Positions 9,858-19,822 of a stretch of DNA of 32,000 nucleotides are shown in pieces. The notes under the pieces were generated by a model. That model made no database searches and had not been told where the DNA came from. It worked only from the letters and a program-made list of their open reading frames with translations. The stretch spans positions 3,090,001 through 3,122,000 of the forward strand of contig NC_006138.1 of assembly GCF_000025945.1 (NCBI RefSeq). The letters run 5' to 3'. Position 1 is the first letter of the stretch. Each line of letters starts with the position of its first letter. The position numbers were made by a program, and so were the translations under genes. This DNA comes from Desulfotalea psychrophila LSv54. GTDB lineage: Bacteria; Desulfobacterota; Desulfobulbia; Desulfobulbales; Desulfocapsaceae.

Positions 9858-11567
9858 ATGGCTACAAATGAGCGTATAGAAGAAAAGGGCGAAGAGGAAC
9901 ACAAAAAGACTCTCGACTTTATCAGACAGATCATTGCAGAAGACCTGCGCACAGGAAAACATAAACAGCCGGTGACCCGTTTTCCGCCTGAGCCCAATGG
10001 ATTTCTCCATATCGGTCATGCAAAATCAATCTGCCTCAATTTTGGCATTGGCCAGGAGAATAACAGCCCCTGCCATCTTCGTTTTGACGATACCAACCCA
10101 AGCAAGGAGGAGAGCATCTACGTTGACTCCATCAAAAAGGATGTCTCCTGGCTCGGTTTTGATTGGGGCGAAGACCTGTTCTTTTCCTCCAACTACTTTG
10201 AGCAGATATACGATTATGCCCTGCAGCTGATCAAAATGGGTAAGGCCTATGTCTGCCAGCTCAATGCTGAGCAGATGAGAGAATACCGAGGCACCCTGAC
10301 CGAGCCGGGTAAGGATAGCCCCTACCGCGATCGCGCCATTGCAGAGAACCTCGACCTTTTCGAGCGCATGGCCAGGGGAGAGTTTGACGAGGGCAGTCAC
10401 GTGCTCCGCGCCAAGATTGATATGGCCTCACCCAATATCAACCTGCGGGATCCCATTATTTACCGCATCCTCAAGATAGAGCACCACCGTACCGGCGATA
10501 AGTGGCAGATCTATCCCATGTACGATTTTACCCACGCCCTCTCCGATGCCATCGAGGGAATAACCCACTCCCTCTGTACTCTGGAGTTCCAGGACCATCG
10601 CCCTCTCTACGACTGGGTACTGGATACCCTGGCGACCCCCTGCCACCCCCGGCAGATAGAATTTGCCCGCCTCAACCTTACCTATACGGTAATGAGTAAG
10701 CGAAAACTCCTGCAGATGGTTCAGAAAAACTATGTAAGTGGCTGGGATGATCCCCGCATGCTGACCATCTCCGGTCTGCGTCGTCGAGGCTATACCCCTG
10801 CATCCATCCGTAACTTCTGTGCAGAAATTGGTCTTGCCAAGAGAGAGAGCTGGATCGAGATGGGCGTATTGGAGAACGAGATACGAAACGACCTCAACCC
10901 CAGCGCCCAACGGGCCATGTGTGTCCTTGATCCAATAAAACTAATCATTGACAACTATCCTGAAGAGAAGGAAGAGGAGGTGGTTGCCAAAATCCACCCA
11001 CAAAATCCAGAGATGGGTACCAAGACCCTGCCCTTCTCCCGAGAACTCTATATCGAACGTAATGATTTTATGGAGAACCCTCCAGGAAAATTCCGCCGTC
11101 TCGGACCAGGCAAAGAGGTTCGCCTGCGCTACGGCTATTATATACAGTACGCATCCCACCTAAAGGACGAGACAACAGGGGAAATCACAGAGATCCACTG
11201 TACCTACGACCCTGAAAGCCGAGGTGGTTCTTCACCCGATGGCCGTAAGGTAAAGGGCACCATCCACTGGGTTTCTGCCAAGCATGCTCTTGACTGTACC
11301 GTTCACCTCTACGATCGTCTCTTTAACGTGGAGAATCCCGATGCGGACAAGGAAGTTGACTTCCTTGAGCACCTTAACAAAGACTCCAAGCTTGTCCTCC
11401 GACATGCCAAGGCGGAACCTGCCCTGGCGACACTCCCCGTTGGAGAGAGTGTCCAGTTTGAGCGACAGGGATATTTTTGCGTAGATTCTGTGGACTCCAC
11501 AGAGGAGAATATTGTCTTCAACCGGGTTGTCACCCTGCGTGATTCCTGGGCCAAGATCAACAAATAG
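9858..11567 (+). CDS. glnS: Glutaminyl-tRNA synthetase
   Basis: [26 protein letters not shown]...[11 protein letters not shown]...[12 protein letters not shown]...[27 protein letters not shown]. Confidence 0.97.
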   Translation: MATNERIEEKGEEEHKKTLDFIRQIIAEDLRTGKHKQPVTRFPPEPNGFLHIGHAKSICLNFGIGQENNSPCHLRFDDTNPSKEESIYVDSIKKDVSWLGFDWGEDLFFSSNYFEQIYDYALQLIKMGKAYVCQLNAEQMREYRGTLTEPGKDSPYRDRAIAENLDLFERMARGEFDEGSHVLRAKIDMASPNINLRDPIIYRILKIEHHRTGDKWQIYPMYDFTHALSDAIEGITHSLCTLEFQDHRPLYDWVLDTLATPCHPRQIEFARLNLTYTVMSKRKLLQMVQKNYVSGWDDPRMLTISGLRRRGYTPASIRNFCAEIGLAKRESWIEMGVLENEIRNDLNPSAQRAMCVLDPIKLIIDNYPEEKEEEVVAKIHPQNPEMGTKTLPFSRELYIERNDFMENPPGKFRRLGPGKEVRLRYGYYIQYASHLKDETTGEITEIHCTYDPESRGGSSPDGRKVKGTIHWVSAKHALDCTVHLYDRLFNVENPDADKEVDFLEHLNKDSKLVLRHAKAEPALATLPVGESVQFERQGYFCVDSVDSTEENIVFNRVVTLRDSWAKINK

Positions 11568-11577
11568 ATAGATATGG

Positions 11578-11611
11578 AGAGGCGGGCATCGGGACAGCCC
11601 AGCCCGCCTCC
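11578..11611. terminator. Stem-loop between convergent glnS and the DUF4177-like gene
   Basis: AGGCGGGC ATCGGGACAGCCCA GCCCGCCT, with an internal GGG/CCC pairing. Confidence 0.5.
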
Positions 11612-11623
11612 TCATTCCAGCTC

Positions 11624-12091
11624 CTACTCTATCCGTATTGCGCCTATGTCCCGACAAGAGGCCTCTTCGTCTGTTTCCTCGTCCCTCTTTTCGTGGACAG
11701 TCTCAAAAAAATCAGACGCAACAGGGTCAGTGACAGGCCGACCATCTCCGGCCTCCACTTCATCTTCTTCCTGATCCTGATCGGCAAATATCGCCCGCAG
11801 ATCCGTCTCGCTGAGTTGCGAAGACTCTTTGCCAGAGCAAATTTCTTCCAGAGAAGCTGATGCCTCCACCTCTTCCTGAACAGGTTGCTGCGATAAATCT
11901 TTCTCCTCAAGTACCGGTCTCTTCAAAACAGTAATAACCCCATCACGTACCTCTAAAAGAGAGATAAGCTACCAAGCCAACTGCCCATATTCGTTAAGGG
12001 ATTTTTCAATGTCATTCTCATCCAGAAAGGCGCTGCCAAGCAGTCCCTCCTTCTTTAGCCCACAATGAATGGTCTTATACTCCCACTGCAT
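11624..12091 (-). pseudogene. DUF4177-like protein with acidic C-terminal extension, interrupted by in-frame TAG at 11969-11971
   Basis: Reverse strand: MQWEYKTIHCGLKKEGLLGSAFLDENDIEKSLNEYGQLAW[TAG]LISLLEVRDGVITVLKRPVLEEK..., same frame on both sides of the stop. 'WEYKT...LNE.G..GWEL(I/V)S' is the DUF4177 signature. Confidence 0.65.
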
Positions 12092-12132
12092 CACATCCCC
12101 CCTATCCAACCATTATCATAGAACAATACCCC

Positions 12133-13338
12133 TCAGGGTATTGTCTTTATCAATTTATCACGGAAGAAAATTCCTCGGAAATGCTGACCATCCAGATCAA
12201 ACAGACGGCCCTCTCCCTGCTGATAACCCTCCTCAAAGGCGCCCTCATAGATGCGCCCATCACCATAGGTGAGAACGCCACGACCATGAAATAGCCCATC
12301 GACAAGGCTACCAAAATAAGAATCACCGTTTACTAAAATAAGACGGCCCTCCCCAGTCATCTCTCCCTGGACAAAATCCCCCTCATAATAACGGCCATCG
12401 GCAAATTGGACCCTGGCAAAACCCTCAAGCTTTCCACCTGCCCTCTTATCAATATCACCAATAACTTTATAGGAGGCATCTCCTGATAACGGAGACTCCC
12501 CTAACAGATCCACAGAATGGGCTTCAGACGATAAGCCAGAGGCCGAGGGACGACCAAAAAGCCCCTTTAATATCGTTCCATCGACACGAATCAACTCTCC
12601 CTCTCCCTGCATCAGCCCAGAGACAAAATTCCCCCGATAACGACTGCCATCGGCAAAGGTACATTGCCCCCAGCCCATCTTCTCCCCCGCCACAAAATCG
12701 CCCTGATACCGACTACCATCCACCGCCTGATAAAGCCCCTGACCATGCATCTTGCCGGCTAAAAATCCACCTCGATAACGATCGCCATTGGCAAGATTCA
12801 GCACGCCTCTACCTTCGGGCAAACCTTTAACCAACTCGCCATTATACCTTGCCCCATCGACATAGACCAAGCTGCCCCTTCCCTCAATCAGATTATCACG
12901 GAAAGTCCCCCGGTATTTTCTGCCATCGGCAAAGAACAGAAGACCGTCACCGTGCAACCGACCAAGATCAAATTCTCCACTGTACTGACCACCACCTGGA
13001 TAGGTCAATACACCGAGACCGTCAATAAGATTATTCCTAAAGCTTCCCCTGTAGACCCGGCCATCGGCACTCTTCAGATAACCACTGCCATCCATAAAGC
13101 CATGAACAAAACTCCCCCGATAGGTGCTCCCATCAGAGAAGGTCAATAGGCCCTCGCCATGGGGTAAGCCATCTGCAAATGCCCCCTGATAAAGCCCTCC
13201 ATCGCTACTCTGAAAGGCCCCCAGCCCACCTTGACAGTCACCCTCAACACAGTCAGCCACCAGATAGGCAGAAAATGTGAAAACAAAGAAAAAGCAGACA
13301 GAAAGTTGCAGGAGCCACTTGATTACATTTTTTCTCAT
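12133..13338 (-). CDS. Secreted/periplasmic MORN-repeat protein
   Basis: N-terminal hydrophobic signal-like segment, then about 14 copies of a 23-aa YxGxFxxGxxxGxGxxxxxDGx motif. Confidence 0.88.
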   Translation of the reverse strand: MRKNVIKWLLQLSVCFFFVFTFSAYLVADCVEGDCQGGLGAFQSSDGGLYQGAFADGLPHGEGLLTFSDGSTYRGSFVHGFMDGSGYLKSADGRVYRGSFRNNLIDGLGVLTYPGGGQYSGEFDLGRLHGDGLLFFADGRKYRGTFRDNLIEGRGSLVYVDGARYNGELVKGLPEGRGVLNLANGDRYRGGFLAGKMHGQGLYQAVDGSRYQGDFVAGEKMGWGQCTFADGSRYRGNFVSGLMQGEGELIRVDGTILKGLFGRPSASGLSSEAHSVDLLGESPLSGDASYKVIGDIDKRAGGKLEGFARVQFADGRYYEGDFVQGEMTGEGRLILVNGDSYFGSLVDGLFHGRGVLTYGDGRIYEGAFEEGYQQGEGRLFDLDGQHFRGIFFRDKLIKTIP

Positions 13339-13362
13339 AAACTATCGCAGGGAGCACGCAGA

Positions 13363-13569
13363 TCAGGCATAACGCTTTGTCGGCAATGGCGGAGATGGAC
13401 TCTGATTTTTAGGGGTAAACAGCTGGCAACGAATTGCAGAAGAGGCATAGACCACGATACTCGGGCGATTCTTACTTTTAAAATTCAAAGCCTTACAACC
13501 GTAAGGCTTTGCATAATCATAGGTCAGAAAAAAATGTATGCATCGATTACATATGGGGTTTTGCGACAT
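13363..13569 (-). CDS. Small (68 aa) Cys-containing conserved-type protein
   Basis: MSQNPICNRCIHFFLTYDYAKPYGCKALNFKSKNRPSIVVYASSAIRCQLFTPK: the CxxC-HxxxTxxxxxPxxC-FxSKxxPS-C pattern looks like a genuine small Zn/metal-binding family. Fits between neighbouring minus-strand genes. Confidence 0.7.
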   Translation of the reverse strand: MSQNPICNRCIHFFLTYDYAKPYGCKALNFKSKNRPSIVVYASSAIRCQLFTPKNQSPSPPLPTKRYA

Positions 13570-13584
13570 AGCTCATTATTATTT

Positions 13585-14094
13585 TCAGGAAACAAGAAGG
13601 GGACTGTCCACATTTTTAGGGTAATCAAAAAAAACCATCCTGCCAGCGGACTGCCGTTGCACATCTTGAAAACTTTCTAACTCAATGGCAACAACACCTG
13701 CTGTAGGAATATTCTCAATCCCAGCCCCAGTAAGATATTCGGCAAAGTCAGTGATTACCCCATTGTGTCCAACCAGGGCAACAGAATCCACCTGCCGAAG
13801 ATAATCTAAACAGTTTTTACTATACTCTTCAACATCTGTAAGATAAAGGTTATAGCTAAAAACAATATTTTTTCGCGGATAACCCAACCGCTTTGCTATA
13901 CGGCGTGTAGTTGAGCGGGCCCTCTTGGCAGGACTTGAGATAATAAGATCAAAGGCCAGGCCTGCTCCACGCAGGCGACGCCCCATTTCACGACTATTCT
14001 CCTTGCCCCTCTTACTTAGGGGACGGTCATAATCCGCATACTCAAGATCCAACCAACTCGATTTTCCATGTCGTATAAGATAAAGAGTCTTCAT
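13585..14094 (-). CDS. sixA: SixA-like histidine phosphatase (phosphohistidine phosphatase family)
   Basis: MKTLYLIRHGKSSWLDLEYADYDRPLSKRGKENSREMGRRL...ISSPAKRARSTT...VALVGHNGVITDF. Confidence 0.88.
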   Translation of the reverse strand: MKTLYLIRHGKSSWLDLEYADYDRPLSKRGKENSREMGRRLRGAGLAFDLIISSPAKRARSTTRRIAKRLGYPRKNIVFSYNLYLTDVEEYSKNCLDYLRQVDSVALVGHNGVITDFAEYLTGAGIENIPTAGVVAIELESFQDVQRQSAGRMVFFDYPKNVDSPLLVS

Positions 14095-14192
14095 AAATAT
14101 CCTTTGAGTAAAAACTATATGAATATACTATCAATAGTACCTATTATCCCTAAAGCACAAACAAGACAAAATAGCAAAAAACTCAAAATTGT

Positions 14193-15374
14193 TTAGCTAC
14201 GATAATCCGCATTAATTTTCACATAATCTATCGAAAAATCACAGGTATAAACTTCCTCACAACATTTTCCACTTTTTAAATCAATACAGACAGTAATCTC
14301 TTTTTCTTTCAAAATTGCCGTTGCCGTATCCTCGGCCGACCTGCCCACTGCCAGGCCATCACGAACAAGGGTAACATCGCCAAAGGAAATATCCACCTGA
14401 TATGGATCAAAGGGCACCCCGGCTCGGCCCATTGCCGCCAGAATACGGCCCCAGTTGGCATCTTCACCAAAGAATGCCGTCTTTACCAGGCTGGAATTGG
14501 CGACGGTGCGAGCTACCTGCTCTGCTTCGGCGTCTTCTCTTGCTCCACAAACCCGAATAGTAATCATCTTACTGGCGCCTTCACCATCGGCCACTATCTT
14601 CAGGGCAAGATCCATCAGTACATACTGCAGGGCGCCTTGAAAATCTTCAGCAGCCTGCGTACCTGATTTAATGGAGCTGTTTTGCGCACCACCATTGGCC
14701 ATAACCAACACCATATCATTGGTACTGGTATCACCATCGACGGTAATTCGATTAAAGGTCTTCTTCACAGCGGGGGTGAGAGCCTCTTTTAATTGGGCAG
14801 AGCCAATCTGAGCATCTGTTATAACAAAACTCAACATGGTGGCCATATTCGGCATAATCATGCCAGCGCCCTTGGCCATCCCCATAAAATGCACGTCCAC
14901 CCCATCAATTTCCACGGAGTGATAGCAGACCTTCTGCACCGTATCGGTGGTCATAATCGCCTGCGCAACCTTTTCAAAATTATCCGGGGCGAGTCCCTGT
15001 ACCAGTGGTGAAATATTGTCCCGAAAGGCCCGAACATTTAAGGGTTCGCCAATAACACCTGTAGAGGAGAGAAGAATATTTTCCGGTTTAATCTCAAGCT
15101 CTTTAGCCAATAGTTCACCTGTGACAAAGGCCACCTCCATCCCCGCTTCTCCCGTACAGGCATTAGCACAACCACTATTTACCAAAATCGCCTGAGCACA
15201 ACCATCTTCAAGACGATCTATATCAATCAGCACAGGCGCCGCCTTAACCAAACTGGTGGTAAGGGCACCCGCCGCTACCACCGGATGATCACTATAGATC
15301 AAACCTAAATCAAGTCGATCCTGATACCGTATACCCGCCTCTACCGCTGAAAAAGAAAAACCCTTAATTTCCAC
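14193..15374 (-). CDS. argJ: Bifunctional glutamate N-acetyltransferase/amino-acid acetyltransferase
   Basis: NSGCANACTG, LLSSTGVIGEPL, GMAKGAGMIMPNMATMLSFVITDA (autocleavage site), NRITVDGDTSTNDMVL, GEDANWGRILAAMGRAG. Confidence 0.96.
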   Translation of the reverse strand: MEIKGFSFSAVEAGIRYQDRLDLGLIYSDHPVVAAGALTTSLVKAAPVLIDIDRLEDGCAQAILVNSGCANACTGEAGMEVAFVTGELLAKELEIKPENILLSSTGVIGEPLNVRAFRDNISPLVQGLAPDNFEKVAQAIMTTDTVQKVCYHSVEIDGVDVHFMGMAKGAGMIMPNMATMLSFVITDAQIGSAQLKEALTPAVKKTFNRITVDGDTSTNDMVLVMANGGAQNSSIKSGTQAAEDFQGALQYVLMDLALKIVADGEGASKMITIRVCGAREDAEAEQVARTVANSSLVKTAFFGEDANWGRILAAMGRAGVPFDPYQVDISFGDVTLVRDGLAVGRSAEDTATAILKEKEITVCIDLKSGKCCEEVYTCDFSIDYVKINADYRS

Positions 15375-15631
15375 AAAGCACCTGCTCTTTTATTTAACCT
15401 AGTTTACTGTTCTTATAAAAACCAATTTCCTTCCTCAACAAGAAGAGGGAAAAAACCTTGCCCACAACCTCTCAATCCTGCCATAAAAATTTTTGCCTTG
15501 ATAAAAGGAACAAAAGCAAGAATAATTCAACCAGTCGAGATAACAGAAAATAGTTTACTATCTTCTCGCTAAATTCTACTAATCTAAACTGCATCAGTCT
15601 ACATACTTTTTACTACAAAGCAAACAAACAC

Positions 15632-17164
15632 ATGCAAATACAAGCGCTGCACTGGACCTCCCCACTGATCTCAACAGTTTTTTTCACCGCAGATCTCATC
15701 CTGCGCATTGGTCTCTCCCTACGGGTAATCATGTGTAAAAAAAACTATGGGGTTTCATACGCATGGTTGGTCGTTGTCCTTCTTGTCCCCTTTCTCGGCG
15801 GCCTGCTCTACCTCTGCTTCGGAGAAAATCGACTCTCCGAACGGCGAATCAAAAGAATACTCAAGGCAAAAAAATACTACTATAAGTGGTTGCAACAACT
15901 AGCCGAAGGCCCGCAGGTAGACTGGTCTGCGCTCAACCCTGAGTTTGCCCCCATCCAACTGCACACCCAAAACCTCGTTGGCATCCCCGCCATGGCTGGC
16001 AATAACATCAGCCTGCTCCACAGTCAGGACAATATACTGGACAGTATTATCAAAGACATAGAGGCATCACAGTCCACATGTCATCTCCAATTTTATATTT
16101 GGGAAGCTGGCGGCCGTATTAAAGAGATAAGCGAGGCCCTGATCAGAGCTAGGAAAAGAGGGGTCATCTGCCGAATACTACTGGACGCCATTGGCAGCAG
16201 AGGTTTTTTCAGCTCCGCCTCGGCCAGACGAATGGAGCAGGCAGGAATCAAAATTCAAGCATCCCTTCCCGCTGGCATATACAGGGCTATTTTTGCTCGA
16301 ATGGATATCCGTAACCATCGAAAAATTATCGTCATTGATGGCAAAATCGCCTATACGGGAAGCCAAAATATGGTTGACGCAATCTTCTTCAAACAAGAGA
16401 GCGGCGTAGGTCACTGGGTTGACATAGTCGCACGTATTCGTGGCCCTGTGGTAGAGACCCTTGCCGCGACCTTTGCCAGCGACTGGTACCTGGAGGCAGA
16501 GCAGGATACATTTCAGCAGATAGACGACGTACAGGAGTTGCGCCATATTGGCGACATATACCCACAAACTGCCCAAGGAACAAGCGCCGTCCAACTGGTA
16601 CCATCCGGTCCCGGTTTTACTCAGGATGCCATCCACAGCTTACTCCTCACCGTCATCTATTCCGCTCGCAAAGAGCTTATTATGACAACACCATACTTCA
16701 TCCCCGATGAGTCTCTGCTCACTGCTCTAAAAGCTGCTGCCCTGCGTGGGGTCCGGGTTATTTTAATAATTCCCCAGAGCAATGATTCAAAACTCGTCAA
16801 ATATGCCAGCCGGGCAAAGTACGATGACCTCACCTACGCCGGAGTGGAAATAATGCTCTTTAATGGCGGACTCCTCCACTCAAAGACCATCACCGTTGAC
16901 GGTGATCTGGCCCTCTTTGGCTCGGTAAACCTTGATATGCGAAGTTTTTGGCTTAACTTCGAGGTAACACTGGTGATCTATTGCAGAGAGACAACCCAGG
17001 ACATTCGACGGGCACAGATGGCATACCTACGACAATCAGCCCCTCTTGACCTCCGCCATTTTCACCGTCGTCACTTCTTTGAGAAACTCAAAGAAAACTG
17101 TGCACTACTGGTTTCACCCACTACTATAACGCACCCCAACAACTGTTCAGCGCAACAGTTATAG
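15632..17164 (+). CDS. cls: Cardiolipin synthase, phospholipase D family
   Basis: Two N-terminal TM segments and two HKD motifs (RNHRKIIVIDGKIAYTGSQN, LHSKTITVDGDLALFGSVNLDMRSF). Confidence 0.93.
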   Translation: MQIQALHWTSPLISTVFFTADLILRIGLSLRVIMCKKNYGVSYAWLVVVLLVPFLGGLLYLCFGENRLSERRIKRILKAKKYYYKWLQQLAEGPQVDWSALNPEFAPIQLHTQNLVGIPAMAGNNISLLHSQDNILDSIIKDIEASQSTCHLQFYIWEAGGRIKEISEALIRARKRGVICRILLDAIGSRGFFSSASARRMEQAGIKIQASLPAGIYRAIFARMDIRNHRKIIVIDGKIAYTGSQNMVDAIFFKQESGVGHWVDIVARIRGPVVETLAATFASDWYLEAEQDTFQQIDDVQELRHIGDIYPQTAQGTSAVQLVPSGPGFTQDAIHSLLLTVIYSARKELIMTTPYFIPDESLLTALKAAALRGVRVILIIPQSNDSKLVKYASRAKYDDLTYAGVEIMLFNGGLLHSKTITVDGDLALFGSVNLDMRSFWLNFEVTLVIYCRETTQDIRRAQMAYLRQSAPLDLRHFHRRHFFEKLKENCALLVSPTTITHPNNCSAQQL

Positions 17165-17192
17165 ATTTTCACCCCTAAGTTTGGAAGAAAAT

Positions 17193-18089
17193 ATGAAAAA
17201 AAAATCTGTAAAAGAAGCTGCCAAAAAGATCCAGCTTCTGGAAGACACCGCCCTCAAGAGCCTGGAACAAAAAAATGGTAAGAACAAAACCTCCCTATGG
17301 GTAAAGAACAGCCAAATTGAATACGAGCTGGAGCTGAAAAAACTGCAGATAGAGCTCATGAAGCTCCAATCATCCATGCAGAAAAGTGGTCAGAGGGTGC
17401 TGGCTATCTTTGAGGGCAGAGATGCAGCAGGCAAGGGTGGAACGATAAAGCGTATCACCGCTCACCTCAACCCACGCTATGCCCGGGTTATTGCCCTGCC
17501 AAAACCCAACGAGACCGAGAAAACCCAGTGGTATTTCCAGCGATATACAAACCATCTTCCCGCATCTTCAGAATTTATTATCTTTGACCGAAGTTGGTAT
17601 AATAGGGCCATGGTTGAGCCGGTTATGGGCTTTTGCAGTGATGAACAAAACAAGCGCTTTTTAAAGGATGCACCCCTGTTGGAGGAAATGCTGGTTAAAG
17701 ATGGAATCAAACTCTTTAAATTTTATTTTTCTGTCTCAAAATCAGTACAAAAAGAGCGCTTTGACTCCAGAAAAGAGGACCCCCTCAAACATTACAAGAT
17801 CTCTCCGGTGGACAAGCTTGCCCAAAAATATTGGGATCAGTACTCTGTACGAAAATTTCAGATGCTCACCGAAACCAACAGAACCCTTGCTCCCTGGACA
17901 ATTATTCGTTCGGACAATAAAAAAATCGCTCGACTCAACTGCATCAAACATATTCTCAGCTCCATGGATTATGAGGGCAAGATCAGCAAAAAAGACCTCC
18001 AACCCGATCCTAAAATCATTATCTCCGGCATCGATGAACTCCGCCATATGGAAAAAAATCTGATGCAGCCCAAAAGTCTACGCGGCTAG
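17193..18089 (+). CDS. ppk2: Polyphosphate kinase 2 (PPK2) family protein; ATG 17193 preferred over the TTG 17181 of the track
   Basis: RVLAIFEGRDAAGKGGTIKRITAHLNPR, PNETEKTQWYFQRY, EFIIFDRSWYNRAMVEPVMGFC. Confidence 0.93.
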   Translation: MKKKSVKEAAKKIQLLEDTALKSLEQKNGKNKTSLWVKNSQIEYELELKKLQIELMKLQSSMQKSGQRVLAIFEGRDAAGKGGTIKRITAHLNPRYARVIALPKPNETEKTQWYFQRYTNHLPASSEFIIFDRSWYNRAMVEPVMGFCSDEQNKRFLKDAPLLEEMLVKDGIKLFKFYFSVSKSVQKERFDSRKEDPLKHYKISPVDKLAQKYWDQYSVRKFQMLTETNRTLAPWTIIRSDNKKIARLNCIKHILSSMDYEGKISKKDLQPDPKIIISGIDELRHMEKNLMQPKSLRG

Positions 18090-18106
18090 GCCAGATTGGC
18101 CAAAAC

Positions 18107-18131
18107 GTAAGGCAGGACCATCCTGCCTTAC
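18107..18131. terminator. Perfect stem-loop between convergent ppk2 and the radical SAM gene
   Basis: GTAAGGCAGG-ACCAT-CCTGCCTTAC (10 bp); weak U-tract on either strand. Confidence 0.55.
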
Positions 18132-18136
18132 AAACT

Positions 18137-19822
18137 TTATAGACAATAAACTCGCTGATGCCGATGAACGCTCTCCTCACGTTCTGCCACAAAGCAGAGA
18201 CAATCATACTGCCCATCCCCCAACTGAAGAAAATCCAGTAATTCTGGGCCGCAGGACCAACAAACTGTTCTCTTAAAAAAACGATTTCTCTCTCTCTTCA
18301 CATAGAGTCCCTCAAGATCATCCGGCATCTGCCGATAGAGACGATCCCGTGTTTGCAGCAGGGTCTCTTCTCCGACGGGAAGCAACATCTCAGGAAAAGT
18401 TTTATGGCCCAAGCGCAACCAGTCATAGCGCAAAAGTTGACGGAGAAAAACAGCATCCTCACGACCGCTTGCCCACTTAACCAGAATTGAAGAGAGCAAT
18501 TCCTGGGTTGTTGCCCGCTCAAAGAGCCCCTCCTCCTTGCCGATATGCAAAATATCAAGAAAGACAGGGGCTACAAACTCTCCTGTGACCTGCAGGTATC
18601 GCCAAAGAGAGACAAAAAACCTGTTGTTCAAAAACTTTTCGACACACTCGCAAAACCAGTAGAGATCGGCCATGGCATCAGCGTCCAGCCAGCTGTTTTG
18701 GTATACCGAATAGGGCGGAATTTTTGAGGCAACATAGCCAAACTCTTCTCTCTGCTGAAAGAGAGGAGTATCGGGCAACATCTTAAGCAGACCCATCTGA
18801 ATGTAATGTGCTCCCATGGCAAATACGTCTTCAAAGGAACGCAAAAAGGTCTCCCGAGTTTCATAGGGCAGCCCCAAAATAAGATCCACATGCAGGTGAA
18901 TATTACTGTAGGAGGCCAGTCTTGAAACAATCTGCCGGACCTTTTCAGTTTTCATCCTACGACAGATGGCATCCAGGGTGGGATCATTGGTCGACTGAAT
19001 ACCTATTTCAAACTGAAACCTGCCAGCCGGTACTGTTTTTAAAAAGTCAAAAATCTCTTCCGTGAAAAAATCCGGTGCTATTTCAAAATGAAAGAGGGTC
19101 TGACAGTCATACTCCATCAGCATCTTCCAGATGGCAAGTCCCCGACGCCAGTTATCATTATAGGTACGATCAATAAAACGCAGGGTCTTCGGGGCATGGG
19201 CAAGAATCAAATCCAACTCCTCCTGCACCTGCGACAGGGGCTTATGATAAACACCAACCTCGGCGGCAGAAAGGCAGTAAGAACAGGCAAAGGGACAGCC
19301 ACGAGATGTCTCATAATATATCTGTCTATTCTGCAGATATTCTGCAAAATCTTCCTGACGATAAATAGAGGCAAGTCCCTCTTCCCGAACCACCTGAAAA
19401 TGACCACGATATCTCTTCTCCAGCGAGCCACCCTGCAGGGCCTGATAAAAGGCCGGATCAATACCCTCAATTTCACCAACAACAACGGTACAGTTTTCCC
19501 CCACCTTATCGGCAATAATCTGGGCCTGGGGGCCACCCACCACAAGTTGACAACGAGGCAGGCAGGAGCTGAGATCCTCAACTAACCTCTCAACAATATC
19601 ACTATTCCAAATAAGGGCTGAAATAAATATCGCATCTGGATCATCCGCCCCCAGACGCAGTACCATTTCGTGATAATTTTCATTAATTGAAAACTGATGC
19701 AAAGAAATATGAGGAGAATTCAAATGTTTTTCTAACTCATGACGAATATAAAAGAGGGCAGGACTGGAATGGGTATAACGAGCGTTAATCGCAACAAGTT
19801 TTATATGCATATTTGATGACAT
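18137..19822 (-). CDS. B12-binding domain radical SAM protein (DUF4080 type C-terminus); probable ATG 19822 with GGAG upstream, track start 19855 is GTG
   Basis: VVGGPQAQ...; YYETSRGCPFACSYCLSA (CxxxCxxC); IEIGIQSTN; DLILGLPYETRETF. Confidence 0.9.
   Translation of the reverse strand: MSSNMHIKLVAINARYTHSSPALFYIRHELEKHLNSPHISLHQFSINENYHEMVLRLGADDPDAIFISALIWNSDIVERLVEDLSSCLPRCQLVVGGPQAQIIADKVGENCTVVVGEIEGIDPAFYQALQGGSLEKRYRGHFQVVREEGLASIYRQEDFAEYLQNRQIYYETSRGCPFACSYCLSAAEVGVYHKPLSQVQEELDLILAHAPKTLRFIDRTYNDNWRRGLAIWKMLMEYDCQTLFHFEIAPDFFTEEIFDFLKTVPAGRFQFEIGIQSTNDPTLDAICRRMKTEKVRQIVSRLASYSNIHLHVDLILGLPYETRETFLRSFEDVFAMGAHYIQMGLLKMLPDTPLFQQREEFGYVASKIPPYSVYQNSWLDADAMADLYWFCECVEKFLNNRFFVSLWRYLQVTGEFVAPVFLDILHIGKEEGLFERATTQELLSSILVKWASGREDAVFLRQLLRYDWLRLGHKTFPEMLLPVGEETLLQTRDRLYRQMPDDLEGLYVKRERNRFFKRTVCWSCGPELLDFLQLGDGQYDCLCFVAEREESVHRHQRVYCL

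Noticed and set aside
11574-11774. Plus-strand ORF MERRASGQPSPPP...
   Set aside because: Ser/Pro-rich low-complexity shadow of the acidic tail of the minus-strand DUF4177-like gene.
12133-13338. 69-bp periodicity considered as a tandem DNA repeat or CRISPR-like array
   Set aside because: Periodicity comes from protein-level MORN units with diverged DNA; no identical repeats or unique spacers.
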